From Candidatus Zymogenaceae bacterium (GTDB lineage: Bacteria; Desulfobacterota; Zymogenia; Zymogenales; Zymogenaceae), in NCBI GenBank assembly GCA_016933535.1, contig JAFGAS010000072.1, positions 1,410-65,409 of the forward strand: a stretch of DNA of 64,000 bases. The letters run 5' to 3'. The position numbers and the translations under genes were made by a program. This document shows, piece after piece, positions 28,788 through 38,830 of this stretch; the stretch's first letter is position 1, and the number at the start of each line of letters is the position of its first letter. The notes beneath the pieces are model-generated. The model was not told the origin of the DNA. It was given only the letters and a program-made list of their open reading frames with translations, and searched no databases.

Positions 28788-30227
28788 CTATCCCTTAATG
28801 ACCCCCAGGGGCCGGGTCCTGGCTACCTTTCTGGAGAGCCCCGCCCCGTGGACTACTTCCACCACCCGGTCCACGTCTTTATATGCATCAGGCATCTCCT
28901 CGGCCAGCGAGTCCCTGCCCCCCGTCATAACGAAGATCCCCCGTCCTAAAAGCTCGTTTCGTATCGACCTTCCCCTGGCCGCTTTGACGGCCGCCGTCCG
29001 CGAGAGGACCCGTCCCGCCCCGTGGCACGTACTGCCGAAGGTCTCCTTCAGGGCGCCCTCGGTCCCCACCAGGACGTAGGAACCGGTCCCCATGTCCCCG
29101 GGGATCAGGATTGGCTGACCTATCGAACGGTATACCTCCCCCACAAGGGGATGGCCCGCCGGCAGCGAACGCGTCGCCCCCTTACGGTGAACGCAGATAT
29201 CTCTGGTCTTCCCGTCCACCTCGTGGCGCTCGATCTTGGCGATATTATGGCAGACGTCGTAGACGAGGCTCATCTTCAGCGCGGCGGGAGACGCCTCAAA
29301 CACCCGCAGGAAGACCTCCCGCGTCCAGTGCATCATAATCTGCCGGTTGGCCCATGCGTAGTTGGCGGCACACGCCATACCCGCCAGGTAGTCCCGCCCT
29401 TCCCGTGACTTGAGGGGAGCGCAGGCCAGTTGACGGTCGGGGATTTCAATCCCTTCCCGTGCCGCCACCTTGCCGAGGACCTTGAGAAAATCGTCACATA
29501 TCTGATAGCCGAGGCCCCGCGAACCGGAGTGGATAAAAACGACCACTCCCCCGGTAAAAAGTCCGAACGCCCGGGCGGCCGTTTCGTCGTAGATTTCCTC
29601 GGTAACCGCCACCTCGATGAAGTGGTTGCCGCTGCCCAGCGTCCCCAGCTGGTCCCTGCCCCGGACGAGCGCCCGATCCGAGACAACTCCCGGATCGGCA
29701 CCCTCCATCCGGCCGTAGTCCTCCGTACGCATCAGGTCGTCCTCGGTACCCATTGACCGCTCGACGGCCCATCGGGCGCCCTTGACAAGCACCGCCTTTT
29801 GTTCTTTTTGATTGAGCCTAATACTTCCGCTGGAGCCAACCCCGGAGGGTATGGAGCCAAACAGCGCGGTAACGAGTTTTTCTATGTTCGGTTGTACCCG
29901 GTCCGCCGTCAATTCCGTGCGCATCAGACGGCAGCCGCAGTTTATGTCGTACCCCACGCCCCCCGGCGAGACAACCCCCTCGTCCAGGTCAAACGCCGCA
30001 ACCCCGCCGATCGGAAAACCGTAGCCCCAATGCATGTCGGGCATCGCCATGGAGTGTTTAATGATTCCCGGCAGTGTCGCCACGTTTGCCACCTGCGTCG
30101 GCCCCTGATCTTGCTGGATGTCCTCAAGCATTTCCCTGTCGGTGAAGATCAGTCCGGGCACCCGCATCTTACCCGTCCTGGGTATCTCCCACCGATAGGC
30201 GTCTATCTGTTTTAACGGGATTGTCAT
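28788..30227 (-). CDS. rtcB: RNA-splicing ligase RtcB
   Basis: MPDMHWGYGFPIGG and GYDINCGCR RtcB metal-binding motifs, 479 aa. Confidence 0.9.
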   Translation of the reverse strand: MTIPLKQIDAYRWEIPRTGKMRVPGLIFTDREMLEDIQQDQGPTQVANVATLPGIIKHSMAMPDMHWGYGFPIGGVAAFDLDEGVVSPGGVGYDINCGCRLMRTELTADRVQPNIEKLVTALFGSIPSGVGSSGSIRLNQKEQKAVLVKGARWAVERSMGTEDDLMRTEDYGRMEGADPGVVSDRALVRGRDQLGTLGSGNHFIEVAVTEEIYDETAARAFGLFTGGVVVFIHSGSRGLGYQICDDFLKVLGKVAAREGIEIPDRQLACAPLKSREGRDYLAGMACAANYAWANRQIMMHWTREVFLRVFEASPAALKMSLVYDVCHNIAKIERHEVDGKTRDICVHRKGATRSLPAGHPLVGEVYRSIGQPILIPGDMGTGSYVLVGTEGALKETFGSTCHGAGRVLSRTAAVKAARGRSIRNELLGRGIFVMTGGRDSLAEEMPDAYKDVDRVVEVVHGAGLSRKVARTRPLGVIKG

Positions 30228-30236
30228 GTTCGTTTC

Positions 30237-30653
30237 CTATATATCAAAGACCACCGACGCGCGGAACTTTTCCCCGCATCGCGTTATCTCAAGGCCGTGA
30301 TAGGTGACCGCCTTGATCTCGCATTTCACCTCATGGCGCCGCCCGATAAAGGGCTCGCCGCCGCACCGGGCGAGTATTTCCGTCTCGGAAAGCACCATGA
30401 TCTCGAATCGGGAAAACAGCATCCCCTCTCCCGTAAAACAATAGAGAAGCTCCCTGAGCCAGTCGACAAATAGTTCCCCGGCGTCGTCTCCCGAGGCCCG
30501 TACCTCCCTGAATTCCCTTATCCTGACCGACTCTATACCCGCGGTGATGTCAAAGAGGGCCGCTGCCCCCTCGACAAAGAGACCCGCCAGGGTATCCGCC
30601 TCTACCTCAATCCGCAGGTCCGCGGTGTGATCCAAAAACCGGTAAGGCGTCAT
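30237..30653 (-). CDS. archease (RtcB activator)
   Basis: FLDHTADLRIEV N-terminal archease signature, 138 aa. It overlaps the rodA stop by 1 nt. Confidence 0.85.
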   Translation of the reverse strand: MTPYRFLDHTADLRIEVEADTLAGLFVEGAAALFDITAGIESVRIREFREVRASGDDAGELFVDWLRELLYCFTGEGMLFSRFEIMVLSETEILARCGGEPFIGRRHEVKCEIKAVTYHGLEITRCGEKFRASVVFDI

Positions 30654-31759
30654 TAGAATATCTTTCGCTTCATGTAAATATTAAGCAGAAGGCCGACCGC
30701 GCAGAGGCTGGCCACCAGCGATGACCCCCCATACGAGAGAAACGGAAGCGGAATGCCGACCACCGGAAAGATACCCGTGGCCATGCCGATATTGATAAAA
30801 AACTGCCAGAGGAATAACGCGGCGATACCCATCGCAACCGCCCCGCCGAAAAAGTCCTTGGCCTCCCGGGCAACGCCAAGCCCCCTGACAATCAGCACCA
30901 GAAACAGCCCCACAACAATCGCCGCACCGATAAATCCCCATTCTTCGGCCAGGACGGAAAAAATGAAGTCCGTATGCTGTTCCGGCAGGAACTTCAACAG
31001 CCCCTGGGTCCCGTTCATGAAACCCTTGCCGGTAAGCCCCCCGCTGCCGACGGCGATCTTGGATTGGATGATATGATAGCCCGATCCGAGAGGATCGAGG
31101 TTTGGGTCAAGGAAGGTGAGTATCCGCTGCCGCTGGTATGGTTTGAGGAACTTCCATCCGAAATATACGATCGGCGGCGCCGATACGGCGCCCAGGAAAA
31201 CCAGGGTAAGGAGGGTTTTCAGCCTCATCTTAACCGCGAAGACCAGCGTCAGAAAGAGGAGAACCAGCAGGCCCGCCGAGCCCAGGTCCGGTTCTTTGAG
31301 AATAAGCAGGGCCGGAACGGCAATCATGAACGTCGGAATAAGAAGGTCCGTCAGCCGCAATCCGTCTTCAGTCATCGCGCCGGAGAAATATTTCGAAAGT
31401 GCGAAGATCAGGGACAATTTCATATATTCGGAGGGCTGGAAGGAGACCGACCCGATACTGTACCAGCGGACGGCTCCCGAGGACCGGTCGCCGAGGATGA
31501 ACAGTCCGACGAGCAGCAGGATATTGGCGGCATAAATCCAGTATCCCCAGCGCTCAAAGAAATGATAATCCACAATCGCCGCACACACCATGACGATAGT
31601 ACCGAGTCCGAGCCAGTATAGCTGTTTAAGATAGACCGGCAGCGGCGATGCGGCCTCCAGGCGCGTTGCGGAATAGAGGTTGATGATCCCCACTCCCACG
31701 AGCACCGCGGTCAAAAAAAGGATAGAAAAATCGAGCTTCTTGATAAACGAATAGGTCAT
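30653..31759 (-). CDS. rodA: rod-shape determining protein RodA (SEDS family peptidoglycan glycosyltransferase)
   Basis: FtsW/RodA/SpoVE fold with 10 TM helices. The C-terminal GIFPVVGIPLPFLSYGGSSL motif is present. Confidence 0.9.
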   Translation of the reverse strand: MTYSFIKKLDFSILFLTAVLVGVGIINLYSATRLEAASPLPVYLKQLYWLGLGTIVMVCAAIVDYHFFERWGYWIYAANILLLVGLFILGDRSSGAVRWYSIGSVSFQPSEYMKLSLIFALSKYFSGAMTEDGLRLTDLLIPTFMIAVPALLILKEPDLGSAGLLVLLFLTLVFAVKMRLKTLLTLVFLGAVSAPPIVYFGWKFLKPYQRQRILTFLDPNLDPLGSGYHIIQSKIAVGSGGLTGKGFMNGTQGLLKFLPEQHTDFIFSVLAEEWGFIGAAIVVGLFLVLIVRGLGVAREAKDFFGGAVAMGIAALFLWQFFINIGMATGIFPVVGIPLPFLSYGGSSLVASLCAVGLLLNIYMKRKIF

Positions 31760-33585
31760 CGTCGGGACCGTCCTTTGAGCGTGAAATACTTTTTCAGGAT
31801 CGAGCCCGCCAGCGGGGAGGCCGTGGAGCCGCCGAAACCACCGTGCTCCACCAGCACCACGACCGCGACTTCGGGGTCGTTCAAGGGGGCAAAACAGACG
31901 AACCAGGCATGATCGCGCAGCTCATAGGGGAGATACTTGCTCACGAAGCTTCCCGATATGACCTGCGCCGTGCCGGTCTTCCCGCAGACGTCTTTCCCCT
32001 CCATGCGTGCCTGCCAGCCCGTTCCTCCCGGTTCGTTGACCGCACCAAAAAGACCTTTCTTGATGATCTCGATAGTCTCGGGCGAAACGGGCAGTGTTCC
32101 CGTCTTTTTGCTTTCATAGACCTCAAGGGAGGTCCCGTCGGGCGAGAGGAGCTCCCTTGCAACACGGGGCTCATAGAGTGTGCCGTTATTGGCCAGGGCG
32201 CAGAATGCGCACAGTAATTGAAGCGGCGTGACGAGGTTATATCCCTGGCCGATGGCGCACGATATCGTCTCACCCGGAAACCAGGGAATGCCGAAGTAAT
32301 CCCTCTTCCAGGCCGTGGAAGGGCATATTCCCGGCTTTTCCCCGGCGATGGATATGCCGGTCGCCCTCCCGAATCCGTAGCCGCTCCCATAAACGGCAAG
32401 CCTGTCGATCCCGAGCTTATCCCCGAGTCTGTAAAAAAAGACGTCACATGATTCTACGATCGCCCGGTGAATCGAGAGCCGGCCGTGCCCCCCCGTTTTA
32501 TAGCAGGAGAAAACCGCCCCGCCGTAGGAAAACGAACCGGGGCAGTAGAGCTCCGTCTCTTCATCGATTACCCCCTCCTCCAGGCCGGCGCTGGCCGTAA
32601 TCAGCTTATACGTGGAGCCGGGGGCATACTGCCCCGATATGCACTTGTCTTCAAGGGGGTGCCTCTTATCGGCGGTCAATTCCTCCCATTGTTCCGGCGT
32701 AATCCCCCGGGCGAAAAGGGCCGGATCGAATCCCGGCGCCGACACCATCGCGAGGACCTCGAAATTTTTTGGATTCATGACGATGATTGCGCCGGCGTAT
32801 TTTCTGTCTTCCATCAATCGCCGGGCAAACTCCTGAAGCTCCCAGTCGATCGTCAGGACCAGATTATTTCCGGCAATCGGCTTGAGTTCTCCGAGAACCT
32901 TCGATTCCTTCCCGGTTGAATCCACCTCCACCTGCACCCCGCCGTCGGCACCACGGAGATCTTCGTCCCAGGTCTCTTCAACGCCGCCCCTGCCGATAAT
33001 ATCGCCCATTTTATAAGCGGAGAATTCCTTTTTCTCGAGTTCCTTGCCGCCGATCTCGCTCATATGACCGAAGAGGTGCGGCGCCAGGGGGCCGTGGACG
33101 TAGTCCCGGATCGGCCGCACTACCATCGCCACTCCGGACATCCGAAACAGGTGAGTAATGAGGGGAGCCGCCTGATCCAGGGGGATGTCGCTGATAACCG
33201 TAAGGGGGTGAAATTTTTGATACTTGCTCCGCTCCCTGTTGAGGTTATACGTGATGACCGCCTCCGGAACTCCGGTGAGACTGGATATGGTTTTGATCGT
33301 CTCATCCATATCCGTGATAAAATCCTCCGAAACCGTGACATCAAAAGAAGGCCGGTTGTCGACGACGACTCGTTTGTAGCGATCCAGGATCATCCCCCGC
33401 GGCGCGGGTATCTCGACGAGTCTTACCCGGTTTTCCTCACTCATGAGGTGAAACTCGTCATTCATATAGATTTGGAGGTATGCCAGACGCGCCACCAATA
33501 CGAGAGAGGCGGCTATTGCCAGGGCAAGCGGCAGGACGGTTCGCAGCGTCCGTGACGGGTCGGTTCTCTGAAGGGTAAAACGCAT
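31756..33585 (-). CDS. mrdA: penicillin-binding protein 2 (MrdA)
   Basis: Transpeptidase motifs STYK, SGQ and KTGTA. It has an N-terminal TM segment and its stop overlaps the rodA start by 4 nt. Confidence 0.9.
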   Translation of the reverse strand: MRFTLQRTDPSRTLRTVLPLALAIAASLVLVARLAYLQIYMNDEFHLMSEENRVRLVEIPAPRGMILDRYKRVVVDNRPSFDVTVSEDFITDMDETIKTISSLTGVPEAVITYNLNRERSKYQKFHPLTVISDIPLDQAAPLITHLFRMSGVAMVVRPIRDYVHGPLAPHLFGHMSEIGGKELEKKEFSAYKMGDIIGRGGVEETWDEDLRGADGGVQVEVDSTGKESKVLGELKPIAGNNLVLTIDWELQEFARRLMEDRKYAGAIIVMNPKNFEVLAMVSAPGFDPALFARGITPEQWEELTADKRHPLEDKCISGQYAPGSTYKLITASAGLEEGVIDEETELYCPGSFSYGGAVFSCYKTGGHGRLSIHRAIVESCDVFFYRLGDKLGIDRLAVYGSGYGFGRATGISIAGEKPGICPSTAWKRDYFGIPWFPGETISCAIGQGYNLVTPLQLLCAFCALANNGTLYEPRVARELLSPDGTSLEVYESKKTGTLPVSPETIEIIKKGLFGAVNEPGGTGWQARMEGKDVCGKTGTAQVISGSFVSKYLPYELRDHAWFVCFAPLNDPEVAVVVLVEHGGFGGSTASPLAGSILKKYFTLKGRSRR

Positions 33586-33609
33586 TCTTGATCCTGTTTG
33601 GGACCGGCC

Positions 33610-34182
33610 CTATACGAGGGGCTCGCCCCATTCCTCCCGCATGAAACGGGTCAGATAGTAGCCTCCCCGCTCCGGGTCGACATACTTCAACAGAGGTAAA
33701 AGGATAAGGCCCGCCAGCGCCGTCAGGAGGGATGAAAGACAGGACGTGACGATAAATGAGCCGAACGTCCCAACCGTTTTGCCCCACAGCAGCGTGATTA
33801 CCGCCAATACGCAAAACAGAGAGAACACCGTCACCAGCGTTGCGAAAAAGAGCATAGCGGGTCGATCGACGTAGACCATGCGTGAGACAAGTCGAGAGTA
33901 ACCCATCACGAAGAACGTACAGAAAAGCCCCTCACCGAAAACGGCCCCGGAATAGAGGTCCAGCAGGAGACCCAGGATGAGTGTAATGAGGACGCCGGTT
34001 CCCGGCGATTTATAAATCCCAACGTAGATAATGACGAGCAAGAACCATTCAATCCTGATGTCTCGTATGTCGGGCATGATCCCCTGAAAGATCAGGATTA
34101 GGCTCCCAATAAGGACGAAAAGGAGAAACCCGAGGTATTTCCGTGTCCTGCTTTCCCTGATGACGTTCTTGTTACCATTCAT
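33610..34182 (-). CDS. mreD: rod shape-determining protein MreD
   Basis: 190-aa polytopic membrane protein between mreC and mrdA. Confidence 0.7.
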   Translation of the reverse strand: MNGNKNVIRESRTRKYLGFLLFVLIGSLILIFQGIMPDIRDIRIEWFLLVIIYVGIYKSPGTGVLITLILGLLLDLYSGAVFGEGLFCTFFVMGYSRLVSRMVYVDRPAMLFFATLVTVFSLFCVLAVITLLWGKTVGTFGSFIVTSCLSSLLTALAGLILLPLLKYVDPERGGYYLTRFMREEWGEPLV

Positions 34183-34341
34183 TTCATGCCTGATTCAAGC
34201 CGAGCAACGCAAACCGAAGACCTTTAGCCGGCACCCCCCCCCATCCGCTCGATACCGTAGGCGGCTGGACCGTCTTGTTCCCATACTAAACGGTCTGTTC
34301 AAGCGGGGTCCTCTCGATTTGAACAATCAGGGGGGTCGGAA

Positions 34342-35166
34342 CTACCTGACGATCAGGAGAACCTCCTCGAGGTTTCCAAGGTCGGTCTTCGGGTTTACCA
34401 CGATAACCTGAAACAACTCCGATACCGGCCTGGTAACCTCGACCACCTCCCCCACCGGCAGCCCTTTGGGAAAGTTGTCGCCCACTCCGGCGGTAACCAC
34501 CAGGTTCCCCGTCCTGACCGGAACCTTACTGTCTATGTAGGAGAGTCGAACGCTTCCATCGGTGGATCCTTCGAGAATTCCTATCTCTCGATTCTCCTGA
34601 ATAAGGACATCTATACGGCTGTTCTTGTCGTTGATAAGCATGACCCGCGACGAGTTTCGCGAAACCGCCAGCACCAGCCCCACGATTCCGTTGGGAGAAA
34701 TAACCGGCATGTTGGCCGCCACGCCGTCCGCGGACCCCTTGTCAATGACGATTGTGCTGGAGAGTATCGAGGGATCGCGGCCGATAACCCGGGCGGGCAT
34801 GAGCGTATACGGCGCCCTCTCGGAGAAACCGAGAATCTCTTCCAGACGTTTATTCTTCTTCTCAGTCTCTATGTAGAGGGTCTTGAGGTTGTCGTATTTC
34901 GTCGATATCTCTCCGACCAGTCTTCTCAGGTCCTCGTTCTCCTCTTTCATGTCCCTGAGGAAGATATATTGATCCCATACGTCTCGGATCTTATCAGCCG
35001 CCGAAGATACGATCCCCTGGATGGGAGAAAAGAGGCCCAACATCGCCTGCCTGCCCCACTTGGCAACGGCTCCGTCCATCGTGGGGTAGCCGATCAATAG
35101 AATCGACGAGACGAAGATGACCGCACCGGCCAGGGCTCCCTTATTGCGGCGTAAAAAAGACAACAT
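34342..35166 (-). CDS. mreC: rod shape-determining protein MreC
   Basis: N-terminal TM segment, a coiled coil and a beta-rich C-terminal domain, 274 aa. It lies downstream of mreB. Confidence 0.85.
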   Translation of the reverse strand: MLSFLRRNKGALAGAVIFVSSILLIGYPTMDGAVAKWGRQAMLGLFSPIQGIVSSAADKIRDVWDQYIFLRDMKEENEDLRRLVGEISTKYDNLKTLYIETEKKNKRLEEILGFSERAPYTLMPARVIGRDPSILSSTIVIDKGSADGVAANMPVISPNGIVGLVLAVSRNSSRVMLINDKNSRIDVLIQENREIGILEGSTDGSVRLSYIDSKVPVRTGNLVVTAGVGDNFPKGLPVGEVVEVTRPVSELFQVIVVNPKTDLGNLEEVLLIVR

Positions 35167-35332
35167 ATGATGAGTTTAGCTCGAAAATAGATTCTTGCCA
35201 TCGTTACCGCCCGGCGCCCTCCCTTCCGAGGGCACGGGGCGCCCGATTCCCTCTATAGGCGCCGCCGGCATCCCGTAAGACGAGACACATCCCGACGGTC
35301 CCTTCCCGGCCGTTTTCGGAACGAAGGTGCTT

Positions 35333-36373
35333 TTACCTGCCCGGAGTCGCCACCTGCGCGAGGAGATCAGGATCATCCAGGGCCCGTCCACAGCCGAGCA
35401 CTACCACCGAGAGAGGATTTTCGGCTACAATAATTGGAAGTCCGGTTTCTTTATGGAGGAGTTTGTCGAAGTTAGTCAGGAGCGATCCCCCGCCCGAAAT
35501 CACGATTCCCTTTTCAACAAAATCCGCCGCAAGCTCGGGCGGCGTCTTTTCCAGCGCATTTCTTACCGTGTCGATGATGGCCTTTATCGGCACCGAGAGG
35601 GCCTCATTGATCTCCGCGGAGGTAACCGTCAGGTTCTTCGGGAGACCCGAAACCAGGTCCCTTCCCTTGACCTCGACATGTTTATTCTCGCCTTCAAGAA
35701 GCGCGCTGCCCATTGTTATTTTTACGTTTTCGGCGGAGCTCTCTCCCAGAAGGAAATTATATTTTCTCTTCAGGTATTGGATAATGGCGTCGTCCATCTT
35801 GTCGCCGCCGACGCGCAGGGACTCCGAGTATACGATTCCGTACATGGAAATCACGGCGACCTCGGTGGTTCCACCGCCCACATCGATGATCATATTGCCG
35901 CTCGGCTCCCCCACGGGAAGTCCGACGCCTATCGCCGCGGCGATAGGCTCCTCGATGAGGTAGACCTCCCGGGCGCCGGCAGTATGGGCCGATTCGATGA
36001 CGGCCCGTTTTTCCACCGGTGTTATCCCGGAGGGAATCGAGATAATGATGCGGGGACGGATGAGGGAACGCTTGTTGAGGGCCTTGGTTATGAAATATTT
36101 CAGCATATGCTCGGCGATTTCAAAATCCGCTATAACCCCGTCCTTCAGTGGACGAATGGCCGTAATGGAACCAGGGGTGCGCCCGAGCATATGTTTTGCC
36201 TCCGAACCCACCGCGATGATTTTGCGCTCGCCGCGCTCGTTTTCCTTGACGGCAACCACCGACGGCTCATCGGAGACGATGCCCTTGCCCTTCAGGTAGA
36301 CAAGGGTATTGGCGGTTCCCAAATCTATAGATAGATCGTTCGAGATAAAACCCACGAGGGAATTAAAAACCAT
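35333..36373 (-). CDS. mreB: rod shape-determining protein MreB (actin homologue)
   Basis: DLGTANTLVY and IDVGGGTTEVAVIS actin-fold phosphate motifs, 346 aa. Confidence 0.95.
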   Translation of the reverse strand: MVFNSLVGFISNDLSIDLGTANTLVYLKGKGIVSDEPSVVAVKENERGERKIIAVGSEAKHMLGRTPGSITAIRPLKDGVIADFEIAEHMLKYFITKALNKRSLIRPRIIISIPSGITPVEKRAVIESAHTAGAREVYLIEEPIAAAIGVGLPVGEPSGNMIIDVGGGTTEVAVISMYGIVYSESLRVGGDKMDDAIIQYLKRKYNFLLGESSAENVKITMGSALLEGENKHVEVKGRDLVSGLPKNLTVTSAEINEALSVPIKAIIDTVRNALEKTPPELAADFVEKGIVISGGGSLLTNFDKLLHKETGLPIIVAENPLSVVVLGCGRALDDPDLLAQVATPGR

Positions 36374-36718
36374 TATCTACTCCTCATAACCCGAAACCGT
36401 AAAACTTTGCCCAATTTGGGATATTATATCTATGTCACGGAGATTTCAAGGAAATTCGTACTCTCACCCGATCTAATGGGTGCCGACGACGCCCAACGGG
36501 GTCAGGCGCAACAAAAGAGAAACCGTGCCGGCACACCGGCGCGGCACGATCGGCCGAAGGCCGGGTGCGAAAAGCCCCGGGGATCGCCCGTGAGGCGCAT
36601 TGCGGGCGTTCGTTAAAACGTCGCCGGCCGAAAGCGGGGTACACCTGGAGCGGTTTTCAGGCTAAAAAGTATTGCTTTTTTTCTCCCGGTCTGCTAATAC
36701 TGAGTAAGTTTTATCGAA

Positions 36719-37459
36719 ATGGAGGAACGTGTGCTTGATATAATGCGAAAACACGCCGGTTCGTGGTGGATAAAGGCGATCCTGATCGCCGTCGCTCTGA
36801 GTTTCGTCATCGGGTTCGGTATCCTCAATAGAGTGCAAAACGAGAACCCGGATCGATACGTCATATTGGTGGGGGATTCCATGGTTACCCCCGATGAATT
36901 CAGTGAGCTCATGACGCAAGGACAAAGAGACTATTTTGAGAAATATGGGACGGAGATGTCCGACGACGATATCATCAACGCCCAGGACACGATCATCAGC
37001 GAAAGGATCGACCAGATTCTTGAGACGAAGGAGGCAAACCGTCTCGGGCTTGTCATTACCGACGGTGAGGTCGCCGATTATATCGCCGGGGATTCCATGT
37101 TTCAGAAAGACGGTGAATTTGACTACGAAACCTATAAGTACTTCCTTGACAACTACCTGGGGTATTCCGAAACGACTTATGAAGGCATGGTCAGACAGGG
37201 CCTCCTGACACAGAAGATGAGGGACATCGTCACGGATTCCGTGAAGGTCACCGACGACAATGTCATTGAAATAGTGAAATCCCAGGGAAAGGAGATCACC
37301 GCCATCGATGAGTTAAGCCCGGATGACAGGGAATACTACTCCAGGCTGGCCCTGGCCGTTAAGAAGTTTTCAACCTACCGCGAATTCCTCAATTCCCTCA
37401 AGTCCGCCGAGACAATTAAAATCAACCAGGACTACCTGTATACGAAAAAGGGCGATTGA
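36719..37459 (+). CDS. SurA N-terminal domain protein (PpiD-like, truncated form)
   Basis: MRKHAGSWWIKAILIAVALSFVIGFG membrane-anchor pattern of the PpiD/SurA-N family, 246 aa. Confidence 0.6.
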   Translation: MEERVLDIMRKHAGSWWIKAILIAVALSFVIGFGILNRVQNENPDRYVILVGDSMVTPDEFSELMTQGQRDYFEKYGTEMSDDDIINAQDTIISERIDQILETKEANRLGLVITDGEVADYIAGDSMFQKDGEFDYETYKYFLDNYLGYSETTYEGMVRQGLLTQKMRDIVTDSVKVTDDNVIEIVKSQGKEITAIDELSPDDREYYSRLALAVKKFSTYREFLNSLKSAETIKINQDYLYTKKGD

Positions 37460-37480
37460 GAAAAAGGCGCTGTAGCGCGT

Positions 37481-37508
37481 TCGGGGGGGAGTGATGCCCC
37501 CCTTTTTA
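37481..37508 (+). terminator. rho-independent terminator GGGGGGG-N7-CCCCCC-TTTTT
   Basis: Hairpin plus T-run about 25 nt after the stop at 37459. It is the same design as the terminator at 25100. Confidence 0.55.
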
Positions 37509-37546
37509 TGGCCCGCCGAGAAAGAACAATCATTGCGGAGAAACCT

Positions 37547-38080
37547 ATGTCCGTTTACGCGTTTGAAGACAGAATTCCCGCCATATCCGACGGGGCGTAT
37601 ATATCTCCGGAAGCCACCGTTGTGGGAGACGTGACTATCGGGCCGGGGTGTTTCATTGGACCCGGGGCCCGCATCAAGGGAGACTACGGAACCATCGTCA
37701 TCGGAAAAGAGACCTCGGTCCAGGAAAACTGCGTCGTTCACGCCCGTCCGGACGAGCGCTGCGAGATCGGCGGACGGGTAAACGTCGGGCACGGGGCGAT
37801 CATTCATGGAGGATTCATCGGAGACGGGGCCGTTATCGGCATGGGCGCAATCGTCAGCGACTTTGCCGAAATAGGAGCCGGGGCGATCGTGGCTGAGGGC
37901 TGCGTCGTTGTATCCAGACAGAAGATACCCGAAAGATCGATCGCGGTGGGTGTTCCCGCCAAGATCGTCGGAGAAGTCACCGATGACGTCCGCCTGGCCT
38001 ACGAACGGTTCAAGGATATCTATGTCGATCTCTCCAGGAGATACAAAAAAGGACTGAGGCCCGTAGGTAAAGAAACGTAG
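37547..38080 (+). CDS. gamma-carbonic anhydrase / hexapeptide-repeat (PaaY/CaiE-like) family protein
   Basis: Left-handed beta-helix hexapeptide repeats with His ligands (HARPDE...VGHGAIIHGG). The start was moved to the ATG at 37547 after GGAG. Confidence 0.8.
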   Translation: MSVYAFEDRIPAISDGAYISPEATVVGDVTIGPGCFIGPGARIKGDYGTIVIGKETSVQENCVVHARPDERCEIGGRVNVGHGAIIHGGFIGDGAVIGMGAIVSDFAEIGAGAIVAEGCVVVSRQKIPERSIAVGVPAKIVGEVTDDVRLAYERFKDIYVDLSRRYKKGLRPVGKET

Positions 38081-38086
38081 CAAGCC

Positions 38087-38440
38087 ATGGTTACCAAACG
38101 GAAATCCCCCCTGAGGCAAGCAGTGGGAACGGCCGCCGGAATCGCGCTGCTCTTTGCCTCCCTTATCGAAATAGTGAGCGTATTAGCCGAGTACGGCGCG
38201 GGAGTCGACGGAAGGATACATCTCTCTTTTGCCGTCGTATCCATTGCCGGGGCGCTCCTGATCTTCTTCAATATCGGCTATTCGGCGTATGTGGTGCTTC
38301 CGTTGGCCCTCGGTATCTTCTTTTATGAGATATACCAAACGGCTTCGGCAGCGCTTTCCTTCTATACGATCGTATCCGGCGTATCCTTTTTCGTTACGGC
38401 GCTTCTGTGCTTTATGCTGATTCGAGCCCACAAAATCTGA
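38087..38440 (+). CDS. small membrane protein (hypothetical)
   Basis: 117 aa with 4 TM helices, 7 nt after the previous stop. Confidence 0.5.
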   Translation: MVTKRKSPLRQAVGTAAGIALLFASLIEIVSVLAEYGAGVDGRIHLSFAVVSIAGALLIFFNIGYSAYVVLPLALGIFFYEIYQTASAALSFYTIVSGVSFFVTALLCFMLIRAHKI

Positions 38441-38447
38441 TTGGATA

Positions 38448-38476
38448 TTGACATTCCCGCGTTATTCTGATAATTT
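38448..38476 (+). promoter_or_regulatory. sigma70-type promoter (TTGACA - 17 bp - TGaTAATTT)
   Basis: A perfect -35 hexamer, a 17-bp spacer and an extended -10-like element, located 25-50 nt upstream of the small ORF at 38500. Confidence 0.4.
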
Positions 38477-38499
38477 TACTCCTACATAATGCATTTAGA

Positions 38500-38715
38500 T
38501 TGACTAAAATGAAACTCCTCGGTGATCCCCAGGGAATTGAAGAGCTGAAGTTCTTCAAAGACAACGAAGACAAAAAAGAATACCTCAAGTTGATTCTCAA
38601 TGAGGCAAAGACCAATACCGACTTCAAGACGCGCTTTAAGGATAGAGGAAACCAAGCCCGTTACATCCTTACCTACGACCCGGCCACGGGAGATTTTCAC
38701 GTCGAAAAGGGATGA
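38500..38715 (+). CDS. small low-GC hypothetical protein (71 aa)
   Basis: Lys/Asp-rich ORF in a short AT-rich patch. It is flanked by the promoter above and a weak hairpin plus T6 at about 38787-38809. Confidence 0.3.
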   Translation: MTKMKLLGDPQGIEELKFFKDNEDKKEYLKLILNEAKTNTDFKTRFKDRGNQARYILTYDPATGDFHVEKG

Positions 38716-38830
38716 ATCCAAGCACCCGAGACGGGATTATCCGCTCCGGCGACCATCGGAGGTTATATAAGGAGCGATACGTTCAGGAGCCGGGATATGG
38801 CTCTTTTTTATTGGAGCGAGCCTATAACCC

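Noticed and set aside
35327-36334. 335-aa plus-strand ORF
   Set aside because: It is antisense to mreB, which is unambiguous.
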